In this document: positions 56,301 through 64,000 of the stretch, in pieces | Numbering within the stretch: the first letter of the stretch is position 1 | Layout of the letters: the number at the start of each line of letters is the position of its first letter | Virus record (IMG/VR): IMGVR_UViG_3300020438_000021 | Coordinates: 15,175-79,174 of that record | DNA length: 64,000 bases | Source: a virus | Reading direction: 5' to 3' (one strand) | The notes under the pieces: model-generated | Databases searched by the model: none | The model's input: the letters and a program-made list of their open reading frames with translations, nothing else | What the model was told of the DNA's origin: nothing | Position numbers and translations under genes: made by a program

Positions 56301-59300
56301 TCAGTTGCTGAAGCATCTGCTGTGTTATGGAGTGTTCCTGATACACTTCCTGCTGAATTTATGGTCTGTGCGGAACTTCCAGTAGTGAGTAACAAAGCAC
56401 CGTTTGTTGCATTGAAGATTGAACTTCTCTCCGGTATCGTGAGAGACCCACCATTTGTCCATGATAATGAGAGGGAGTTTGATGAAACAGTGAATTTTAG
56501 ATTGTCCTTGCTCGCCTCTCGTTGTCTGAGCATTGCATACGCACCATACTCCTGTTCATATTCGCCTTCTAGTGAATCAGCATCGACAGGGTTGAAGTGC
56601 CAGTCGAATGTTGCTTCGACAAGTCTAGCCACACCGAATCTCTTAATTTGATTAGTAGTCTTATTCGCTGCCTTTATCGATGCCCTCTCAAAGTTATTGT
56701 CTGTCTTGTCTGTTGACTTACTTCTACCGTCATATTCAGAGTGTGTTGTTTCACTAGATGATATTCCCCCATCGCTCTCTAACAGACATGCGAGGTCATC
56801 ATAGTTGAGTGTCTGACTTCCAATATTGTTGTATCTCAAGTTTGAATGTGGGTAAAGGTCTCCTGTGGCAAATAATTCGTATGCTTGTGCCTTGCCATCT
56901 AGATTCTCCCAACTTAGTAATTGTGTGAACTTGTCTGTTACTGTTGAGTGTGTTGTTATTCTAGATGGAGGAACTAATGTCGAAACACCCGTTGTTGCAT
57001 TATATACGCTTCCCGTTGTATTGATTAGAGTGTAATCAGAACTGAGCATATTGCTTCCAAGTAGGGGTCTTGAGGATTGAGTCAGTGTAGTAGAGGAAGG
57101 AGCATCACCATTGCCTAGTATCGGATACCCAACAGCATAACCCCTTACATTCTGTTGCTTGGAACTCTTGTTGTATATTCCACCTGCTTTCTTTTTTATT
57201 GTTCCACTACTGAACTTCTGCAAATCCCAATATCTGAATGTCTCTCTTGGTGTATAGATGTCGTCAGAAGAAATGAGGTCTAGATTAGCAGAGGTAGTAT
57301 GTCCTGTGTCGAATCGGTGGAGAAACCCGCCATCGTTGATGTTGTTGTTTACGAGATAGAATGAATAATCAGTTCGGGTATCTGATGTATTATTCTCAAC
57401 TCTTCCCATGACAACAGGACAAATAGGTGCGATTCTCATTCTAGCACCACCATCCTCTTTCTCTATGATATCCAATACAGTGAATCTCTCTGAAGCAAAT
57501 GTCATCATGTTAACCGAAGTTACAGATGTTCCTAATTCATTTGACAGTTGAAATGCGAAGATTGAGTCATCGGTGCTTACATCGGTGCTTATGTTGTTAA
57601 TGCTTATCGGAGTTTTGATATCATATCCTAGAGTTCTATTCTCAAGGAAAGAACCACTGTTTGAAGTTCCCTCTAATTTTGTCCTGTTTAGGCTAACATC
57701 AAATGAGAAACTATCTTGCAGGATAACTCCCTTGTCGCTAATACCTCTAAAGTCAGTTGTAGATGTAATAGCAGGGTTGCTTCCTATCGCCTTAATTCCT
57801 GATAGGTATGTCGCTTCAGTAAATGGGTTGTAATACCAAATGTTGGTTGTTGAATACATATGTGCTAGTGGTTTGTGTGTCAGTGTTATTGCGGAGGCAG
57901 TGGCAGACGCTACTTCTCCAATGAAGATTCCTGTGCTTCTAGTAAAGAGAAGCATCTTGGCAGTAGGAGTGAAGTTATCTCCTGAAGAATGGGTAATCAC
58001 CTTTCCACTCACACTAACAGATGTCAGTGTCTCAGTGCTGGAAAGAGGCACTACTGGATTCAATGTTGTGTGTATCATATCCTCGGTGAAAAGTAGATTC
58101 TGATTCACTTGGGTATTCAATAATGCTGCTGCATTGTCCCTACCTTCCAATGTCAATAAAGACAGACCGTTCTCTGTTTCTGTCTCGCTTAGTTCAATTG
58201 TTCCATCGAAGGCTTCCTCTTGTATGCTGTAATTACCTTCATAGTAGTAGAATCTAGAGTCTGTGTTGTTTTGGTAAAACTTTCTGTCACCATCTTGCAA
58301 CTTGATATATTCCATGTCTCTATCTATGTAATCCACCTTGTTCTGATGGGTAGATAGTGCAGAGAACACTACATTTGTGTTGAATAGTTTACTATCCTTC
58401 TTTGGTATTGTAGCATCTGATACTGTCAATCTGTTTCCATCTGCGTAATGCACTTGAGTATCAGATTCGACATCCTCTGTGTTCAGAACACCTGTCCATG
58501 CTGCTATCTTAACTACTGAGTTAGAGAACTCATGAACGGAGTTGACAACAGTGAATGTATTTGCGTTCTTTGTTTTGTTGGCCTTTACTGTGAGTGTCTG
58601 TGTCGTACCGCTCTTCACAGCAACTGTATCTACAACGTAATAATACCCATCGACTAATATGACAGAATCTGTTGCGAGTTTCTCAGATAGTTTGTAATCA
58701 TGAGCATCCTCCATATCATGGAACTCTATGCTATTAGCAACAGTTCCTGACTTACTTGCTTTGAATGGAAGAGTCTTGAATGTTGATTTGTCAGTGAATA
58801 GGTTCTTCAATACTCTAAGCCTATGTCCTTCTTTGTATTTCTTAGGAAGTATGCCTGAGTTGTTCATGACTTTCAGTTTGCACATCTTACTCATCTTGTT
58901 CTGTGGGCTATTTACGATTACATCAGTTACTAGAGGAACAATATCATTTCTTCTTGGTCTTGGGTCTGATGCGATGTATCGTGAAGGTCCATTCCTATTA
59001 CCATCGAGAGTTGAAGCAGTGGGAGTTGTACTATCTGTCTCATGTCTCTTCATGTTTGGGAACGCCTTGTGCCAAAACATCGGGTCAAAGTTTGAATCCG
59101 AATCATCTGTGATTCTGAGATTGTCAACAAGGGTAGCATCTAATCTTGTTCTACTAATACTTTCTATCGTGCCTTTCAATCTAGCATGAGTTCTGAATAC
59201 TATATTCTGTATTCCCTTTCCAATCTTCACGGTGAAGTTGCTCGTTGTTGCACTCTTTGCTTTGTATGCAACTTCTAAGTGGATGTCATTATTGTCAATT

Positions 59301-60319
59301 TCTTTGATGTTTCCATACCACTCATCTGTTCCACTGTCAAACAGAGACATACCCTCACATAACTTGTCTGTGTCTCCTGAACTATTGGTCGTGAATTTCA
59401 CAGTGTTACTGCCTTCTGAGTATAGTGCTATCGCTGTATTGGATGTCATTGTCACAGTATCAGAGTAATCATACCACCTAAGTCTAGTCAAAGTGTATTT
59501 CTCCATGTAGTCCAGTTGGTCATCCTGCTCTAACCTGTCATTGTAGAAGTAGAACGTAGGTGTGGCAACTAGATTCAAGACATCGTAGTTGTCTGTTGCT
59601 GCTTGGTTGTCACCACGAAGCCCATAACTAACAGCCATGACATCAGTTGCTGTCTTCGCTGGCCCTTTGAATACCTCAAAGTTAGTTCCCTTTGGGATAG
59701 GAGTAGGATACTGTGGACTAAACTCCAAGCCATCTCCAAACTCATCGAATGTCACAATCGATGTTATCTTGGCGAAATGGGGTCTTGCCGAATCAGACTG
59801 CGTTGTGGAATCGTATATCTCAGGATTAATCAGAATGAAGTAATCATAGTTCTCTATATCCAAACTAAGTGTGTCAGTAGCAGGTGCAGATGAACTGTTG
59901 ATGAGAGTGGAGTATACAAACTTCCTGTTTGTTTCTCCTGTGCTTATGGCTGAATCATATACCTTGACCTTGTATGGTGGTGTTATCTCGTTGTTTGTCG
60001 CATATGAAGTGAGGGTCTTGTTATGAGGCAGTATTCTGTTTCCTATCATATCTGCTCTATCATTAGATATCGATGTTCCATATGGCCCTTTTCTAATCTC
60101 AGTGAAGATAGCAGATGAAACTACATCAGAGGTAGCACTACCAGTACCGTTCTGCTCTGCTTCTACGAATGTCGCTTTCAATTTCGGGTTCACAGATACA
60201 TCCTTGAATGCCTTTCCAGTGGAGAACTCAGTAGTCATACTGGCATATGCTTCATTGGCATCAGCCTCGTTGACCTCTATTGCTAGAGGATAAACCATAG
60301 TTCCGTTTGCCTTTGCCAA
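53387..60319 (-). CDS. Very large tail-tip/baseplate hub-like structural protein
   Basis: About 2300 aa; hub-like C-terminus (ANKVTVVG...LEAGDIVYL..YLIFEIE); likely TTG start at 60319 after GGTGA. Confidence 0.6.
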   Translation of the reverse strand: MAKANGTMVYPLAIEVNEADANEAYASMTTEFSTGKAFKDVSVNPKLKATFVEAEQNGTGSATSDVVSSAIFTEIRKGPYGTSISNDRADMIGNRILPHNKTLTSYATNNEITPPYKVKVYDSAISTGETNRKFVYSTLINSSSAPATDTLSLDIENYDYFILINPEIYDSTTQSDSARPHFAKITSIVTFDEFGDGLEFSPQYPTPIPKGTNFEVFKGPAKTATDVMAVSYGLRGDNQAATDNYDVLNLVATPTFYFYNDRLEQDDQLDYMEKYTLTRLRWYDYSDTVTMTSNTAIALYSEGSNTVKFTTNSSGDTDKLCEGMSLFDSGTDEWYGNIKEIDNNDIHLEVAYKAKSATTSNFTVKIGKGIQNIVFRTHARLKGTIESISRTRLDATLVDNLRITDDSDSNFDPMFWHKAFPNMKRHETDSTTPTASTLDGNRNGPSRYIASDPRPRRNDIVPLVTDVIVNSPQNKMSKMCKLKVMNNSGILPKKYKEGHRLRVLKNLFTDKSTFKTLPFKASKSGTVANSIEFHDMEDAHDYKLSEKLATDSVILVDGYYYVVDTVAVKSGTTQTLTVKANKTKNANTFTVVNSVHEFSNSVVKIAAWTGVLNTEDVESDTQVHYADGNRLTVSDATIPKKDSKLFNTNVVFSALSTHQNKVDYIDRDMEYIKLQDGDRKFYQNNTDSRFYYYEGNYSIQEEAFDGTIELSETETENGLSLLTLEGRDNAAALLNTQVNQNLLFTEDMIHTTLNPVVPLSSTETLTSVSVSGKVITHSSGDNFTPTAKMLLFTRSTGIFIGEVASATASAITLTHKPLAHMYSTTNIWYYNPFTEATYLSGIKAIGSNPAITSTTDFRGISDKGVILQDSFSFDVSLNRTKLEGTSNSGSFLENRTLGYDIKTPISINNISTDVSTDDSIFAFQLSNELGTSVTSVNMMTFASERFTVLDIIEKEDGGARMRIAPICPVVMGRVENNTSDTRTDYSFYLVNNNINDGGFLHRFDTGHTTSANLDLISSDDIYTPRETFRYWDLQKFSSGTIKKKAGGIYNKSSKQQNVRGYAVGYPILGNGDAPSSTTLTQSSRPLLGSNMLSSDYTLINTTGSVYNATTGVSTLVPPSRITTHSTVTDKFTQLLSWENLDGKAQAYELFATGDLYPHSNLRYNNIGSQTLNYDDLACLLESDGGISSSETTHSEYDGRSKSTDKTDNNFERASIKAANKTTNQIKRFGVARLVEATFDWHFNPVDADSLEGEYEQEYGAYAMLRQREASKDNLKFTVSSNSLSLSWTNGGSLTIPERSSIFNATNGALLLTTGSSAQTINSAGSVSGTLHNTADASATDAYLIPQYGKSQYDFSFTNDAFETRKLASSGDQLDMSRVLLMRPYYKTSGNNDLTFRYAKLKNANGNTFDPPSVLLPFIFKAGIHVSTANELANAKQSPYHNSNEWSHSDYASPPYLNISRVLAGLLQDHRATSTVTTTSKMGLENDVHPYENCIAVFRDIKRVSQSGPSVPEDMFQCSSMLGTREFRTSYETYIGGTFTTVNDIDQHSTNTMVYESTSGTFRAVTGTHTLAKVSTSGTSFSGNPNNDIIGAATYFLDNRAGEVLSTSASDRVQNHVDVSSNNGGGVYSARMLIKPFVNTADANVSISNSNKTLTVTVSDTDSEHAWLDYTPNLTGYYLVSNRGIESLGDTSLGANDLSGGDKDTLGRSSNKTLNIAYMGKIVSHTHTISTSNDTSRVHTIVLDEPFSTISEVPFFRLMRLSETTFRETPNEITFGKLFSTGLDYSETSSGYRTGVEGGINTVFNAYENHTNEGIFSAYVLLNLDTAPSPNAILGNSSCQSAFGRSYVECFNMLPYNDGDTFEVMITDGDVKEVKTMTVGFTSNNRNTGIRRGHFKLTYDGVLNGKGVVSFGEIVNLELRRKPNLQNITNCHVGTSMIIGEEIETHMDKIIRSAGMTSDLIQTQSEFTGNIVQSVNNNLITCKATVENLEAGDVIYTHEGYPIGVVGSVSGSVITVTDVHTDGDVDLWFNPVLNDEIIKRNRKTFIATNNFSNKPAYETLNEMAGKKGLDFKVKDRKVVFRDLNSNALTRKQSISFGTHRIFSVKKNSSLFAKANKVTVVGDKISTTVERNIAGKGTHVTFVDPTLRNISDVKIKAHELLELYNQNNRKITLSLEKKGLETLEAGDIVYLDMEGQGIPAGDYLIFEIENVLSSQLTMTVGTFNKTIAERLAELGSQQRSSSSTLFSRNAEDVSTGLSLTDSISLKTTLVQYTITGSGESSNMGFDDLLGFTEEVGFENTGSQVIGYYTSED

Positions 60320-60320
60320 T

Positions 60321-62927
60321 TTAATCACCAAACGTATAGTATAACAGAGTGTCACTGTAATTAGGAGTTAATGTAGTTATAGTAGCACAAGGACTGGCAG
60401 ACTTATGGAAGGCTATCTCATACAACTCTCCCATGAACTGTGTGGCCTTTCTATTTGCAGCGTTTAAACTTCCATCTTGACCGATAAAGCAATCTGAGTT
60501 ATTCAATCGGAACTTACCAATATTCACCTTCACCTTCTTTACCAGTTGGTTATTCAGATACAGTGAGATGGTATTATGGTCAAATGACATTCCTACCTTT
60601 GTCATTTGCTCAAGATACATAGCCTCCTTCTTCTGCTCTGTGTATAATGTGGATGTAACAGGAGTAGCAGGTGCAGCAGACAGAGTGATGTTGTTGCCTG
60701 AGATAGATGAAACTGTGCCAATCAAAACTCCTTCGTTGTTGTATATCTCGCTTCCAGTCCCAATCTCATCTGTTTCGTTCGTTCCTATTGTCAGACTGTT
60801 ACCACTTCCACCAGTGAAGTTCGTCAATGATAATCCTGATGATATTCCTGTGTTTGCTAGAGCATGGCTTCCACTGGCAGCAGTTGCAGTTATTGTAACC
60901 GTGTTAGTTGATATGCTAGTAGTTAGAGCAGGGCTGAATTGAGCATGACCATTAGAGTTGTTTAATATGGCACTTCTTAGGTTTGCAGCAGTTGCAGCAT
61001 TATCACTTGCATTTACTAAGAAGTAAGTTACTCCACTATTCTCCGTTCCAGTAGAACCAGTTGTCTCGCTGTTATCTCCCTTGCTAGGCTTATATCTTAT
61101 CGTATTTCCAGCAGTGTCCGTTAGACTGATGAACGCAGTGGGGGTAATTGCGGAAGAACCTGAAACGAAATTAGAAAATGGACTGCTGCCAATGGTTACT
61201 ACCGAGCCGTAATTACTGGTTGCTGTTATGGATTGGCTAGATTGTGTTCCTGTTGCTGGTGAGGTTATAGTAACTACATTAGTATTACTTCCTGTTCCCA
61301 CGGCTGCTTGAGTGCCATCGAACTGACTATGTAAGCCAAACACTGTATTTATGGCATTCCGTAACTGAGTCGCAGTTCCACTAGTGTTGGATGCTTCCCT
61401 GACTCTGTATACAGTAGGAGAAGTCCCTGATATTGCTTGTCCATTTACTCCACTAGCAACGAACTTGAATAGCCTAGTTTGAAGAGACCCACTTGTTCCT
61501 CTCATTGCTATTGTAATCTTAGCATCAACTGTTGTTCCACTTACGGCATCTGCACCGACAATGATGGTTGCGTCACTAGAGTTATCTCCAAACGTGATAG
61601 CAGTTAGTTTACTGCCACCCGCAATGTTAGAGCCAATAACAGGACCAGTATTCGGAGTTGTGCTGTGATTTCCTGCTGGACCACTAGCATCTTGTGTCAA
61701 AACAATAACACCAGTATTCCCACTTGTGAGACTAACAGTTGTGGCCTCTATATCCAACCCTGAACTTGGGTCGCTTCCAACACCATTGAATGCGTTGATT
61801 GCTTGGGTTAACATGAATCTAAATTGTTGATTACTACCACTAGAAGTTAACCCCACTTCAGGAACAAATACATCAGTCGAGGTATATCCTGCATCGGTTA
61901 ATGTAGCGGCTATTAAACCACCGCCCGTCATGCCCCCCATACCATTTAAGTCCGATATTCTTGCACCAGCCCCTTGCATCTCACTAGGAAAACCACTACT
62001 GGAAGAATTATCAATGTAAAAGAATCTATATGTTTTATTTGCACTAGTTCCTGAACCTGTTTGTCTGTTCCTTAAAATGATAGCATTATTGTCACTAGGA
62101 GCAGTGCTTGCTGTTATCGGAGTAGGACTCCAACCACTGCTGAATGTTATCTTCGCTGTTGCATTAGTTGCTGCTGAAGCACCGACATCCATTGCTCCAC
62201 TGACAGTGGATGGCACTGCGTCAATTTCTATCGTTCCCGTCCCTAGAGTTGGTGGAACAGCCGCAGTATTCGTGAAGTTTGTTAGATTACCTGTGACTTG
62301 AATAGATGCTTGGTCGAATGCGGCTGTTGCTGACTCACTAAGTCTTCGTAATGAAGTGCTTATGCCATCATAGAAACTAGGATTATTTGCATCATAGTAA
62401 CCATGCATTGTTTTCTTCGAGACAAAAACAGGACCATCAGTATCTATCGTGTGTGTTATCGGCGTACCAACAGAATCAGTCAATTCAACTACCATCTTGT
62501 ACTCTGATGGTTGATTGAAGTTGGATGATGTTGTATTCTGTAAGTAGAACTTCAAATATGAATTAGAGAATATCATCATCTTATGTGAGTTTCTTCCTGC
62601 TCCGAAATAAGACACACTCTCATAGTTAGAAGTAGTATCGGCATGGTCATCAAGAGTCAAGTTAGGACTAGGTGGTGTCTTTGTGCTATCCACTCTTCCT
62701 TGTCCCGATGTTCTATGTCCTGCTCCATTGATATCGTATGGAGTAACTATTGCTTCGATGCTAAATGGTCCTCCATAGTCCCAAAGAGGATGTTTTGATT
62801 CGTCTAGCGTATTGCTTCCTTCTAGGTTATCGCTGTTGTAGTCATCATACTCTATCTTCAGATGTCCATCACACATGACAGGGAATATCAATGCCCTTGT
62901 ATCTCCTACATGTGTGCTTGTTGCCAT
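60321..62927 (-). CDS. Virion protein with a LamG/concanavalin-like domain and a long internal repeat insert
   Basis: FSIEAIVTP near the N-terminus; ISLYLNNQLV...FIGQ...FMGELYEIAF at the C-terminus. Confidence 0.65.
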   Translation of the reverse strand: MATSTHVGDTRALIFPVMCDGHLKIEYDDYNSDNLEGSNTLDESKHPLWDYGGPFSIEAIVTPYDINGAGHRTSGQGRVDSTKTPPSPNLTLDDHADTTSNYESVSYFGAGRNSHKMMIFSNSYLKFYLQNTTSSNFNQPSEYKMVVELTDSVGTPITHTIDTDGPVFVSKKTMHGYYDANNPSFYDGISTSLRRLSESATAAFDQASIQVTGNLTNFTNTAAVPPTLGTGTIEIDAVPSTVSGAMDVGASAATNATAKITFSSGWSPTPITASTAPSDNNAIILRNRQTGSGTSANKTYRFFYIDNSSSSGFPSEMQGAGARISDLNGMGGMTGGGLIAATLTDAGYTSTDVFVPEVGLTSSGSNQQFRFMLTQAINAFNGVGSDPSSGLDIEATTVSLTSGNTGVIVLTQDASGPAGNHSTTPNTGPVIGSNIAGGSKLTAITFGDNSSDATIIVGADAVSGTTVDAKITIAMRGTSGSLQTRLFKFVASGVNGQAISGTSPTVYRVREASNTSGTATQLRNAINTVFGLHSQFDGTQAAVGTGSNTNVVTITSPATGTQSSQSITATSNYGSVVTIGSSPFSNFVSGSSAITPTAFISLTDTAGNTIRYKPSKGDNSETTGSTGTENSGVTYFLVNASDNAATAANLRSAILNNSNGHAQFSPALTTSISTNTVTITATAASGSHALANTGISSGLSLTNFTGGSGNSLTIGTNETDEIGTGSEIYNNEGVLIGTVSSISGNNITLSAAPATPVTSTLYTEQKKEAMYLEQMTKVGMSFDHNTISLYLNNQLVKKVKVNIGKFRLNNSDCFIGQDGSLNAANRKATQFMGELYEIAFHKSASPCATITTLTPNYSDTLLYYTFGD

Positions 62928-62935
62928 TCTTTCAC

Positions 62936-63721
62936 CTACAAGTTGTTAATTGGATTCTCAGCGAGAACCTTAGCAACTTCAAACTCTAAGGTGAATGCTA
63001 CACTATTGGGTTGTTCACCTGCAAAGGTAGTATTGAAGGAACGAATGAATCCAGTCATTCCGGGCAATTCATCCACTTCAGATATATCTGTAAAAGAACT
63101 TGCTGTTGCTTCATCAATGAAATCTGAGATACCAGTGTTACTCTCTATAAAATCATTAGAGGCTCTCTTGAATCTCTCATCATATCTCCTATTATCAAAC
63201 GTAAATGGTATCAATGGTAATTCAGCCATGTCCATTGTTTCAGAACCTTCAGGTGCATTAGGATTAGAGGGGTTATGGCTAGAATGGTAGTTGAAGTTGG
63301 TATCTATTCTACTAGGAATCAGAATGATTATCTTGTTAATCGACTGGTCATCCTGTGCTGCACTGCTGTCTACATAAGAGTGTATCAGTTGTGCTAACTC
63401 AAATGGAGTGAGTATCTTGTCTTTTGCAGAACCAGCGTTCTCTCCTGTATCCTTTGATATTCTTTGATTCAACAGTATTCCATTAAGCGATACGTTCTTG
63501 CTTGCTATACCCATATCGAAAGCCAGTGTCTCAGACTTTCCTGTTGCCAACGAACCGAACGGAATAGGAAGGGTTGGAACTGTCTTCTGTGTTCCAATTG
63601 AAATCTCATTGACGAAGAGGGGTATTCTATTGACTGCCCTATCTCCACCTATCTCGTTCCTTCTTTGTAGTTCTAGCCAAACACGAAAGTTTGACCCTGC
63701 ATATCCTTCACTTGTTGCCAT
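62936..63721 (-). CDS. Tail protein (distal-tail-like position)
   Basis: Directly downstream of the tape measure gene; TGFIRSF...FTLEFEV. Confidence 0.55.
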   Translation of the reverse strand: MATSEGYAGSNFRVWLELQRRNEIGGDRAVNRIPLFVNEISIGTQKTVPTLPIPFGSLATGKSETLAFDMGIASKNVSLNGILLNQRISKDTGENAGSAKDKILTPFELAQLIHSYVDSSAAQDDQSINKIIILIPSRIDTNFNYHSSHNPSNPNAPEGSETMDMAELPLIPFTFDNRRYDERFKRASNDFIESNTGISDFIDEATASSFTDISEVDELPGMTGFIRSFNTTFAGEQPNSVAFTLEFEVAKVLAENPINNL

Positions 63722-63999
63722 TAAAATTTCACCACCGATGTTGATGTTCTATTCATTCTTGAGTTGATTTCCCTCGCTACCTTGTTTGCGATGTCTCGTA
63801 TCTCAGTATCTGAAGCACCGACTCTTCCTGTGACTTGCACTGTTATGTGATTAGTTACTGAAGAGGCCATTGCCTTTGATGCTGAGTTAGAGTGTACTTG
63901 CGCTCCTCTAGGAAGTGTGACTAGTTCAGGCCCACGCTCACCAACAATAGCAAGACCACTTTGACTTACTCTTCCGCCTTCTGCTAACCCCTTAACGAA
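63721..63999 (-). CDS. Tape measure protein, C-terminal end (partial; not in ORF track)
   Basis: Manual translation GLAEGGRVSQSGLAIVGERGPELVTLPRGAQVHSN...; TAATG coupling. Confidence 0.8.
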   Translation of the reverse strand, partial: FVKGLAEGGRVSQSGLAIVGERGPELVTLPRGAQVHSNSASKAMASSVTNHITVQVTGRVGASDTEIRDIANKVAREINSRMNRTSTSVVKF

Positions 64000-64000
64000 G

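Noticed and set aside
40474-63767. Plus-strand ORFs over the tail genes (e.g. 51305..52249)
   Set aside because: Antisense shadows of long low-complexity minus-strand genes

Overview
A 64 kb piece of a large tailed (Caudoviricetes) archaeal virus genome. It most resembles the Marine Group II Euryarchaeota (Poseidoniales) 'magroviruses', judged from archaeal-type GGAGG/GGTGA ribosome-binding sites, a TFB homolog and an archaeal-type replisome; this assignment is from gene content, not a database search. Layout: (1) 1-5.0 kb, minus-strand genes including a possible terminase small subunit and a cluster of proteins sharing a W-x-x-[VIT]-[LV]-[KR] motif. (2) 5.1-8.7 kb, small minus-strand genes, each unit headed by a conserved promoter/palindrome repeat. 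(3) 8.7-10.1 kb, a strand switch with an AT-rich iteron-like origin candidate and structured non-coding DNA. (4) 9.2-40 kb, plus-strand metabolism and replication genes: pyrimidine-dimer glycosylase, class II RNR, TFB, ligase, RFC, SSB, PCNA, split PolB, Cas4-like nuclease, PriS-PriL fusion, ERCC4 nuclease, MCM-like helicase, DEDDy exonuclease. (5) 40-64 kb, minus-strand tail module with two >2000-aa repeat-rich fibres and the end of the tape measure gene. The most notable finding is a dispersed virus-encoded ubiquitin-like conjugation kit: a Ubl ending GG-Y, a ThiF/E1, a JAB/MPN+ protease, a candidate divergent E2 and a Cys-rich microprotein, flanking the viral TFB gene. Several real-looking microgenes are absent from the ORF track, including a tandem PIP-box peptide and a TFS-like zinc ribbon.
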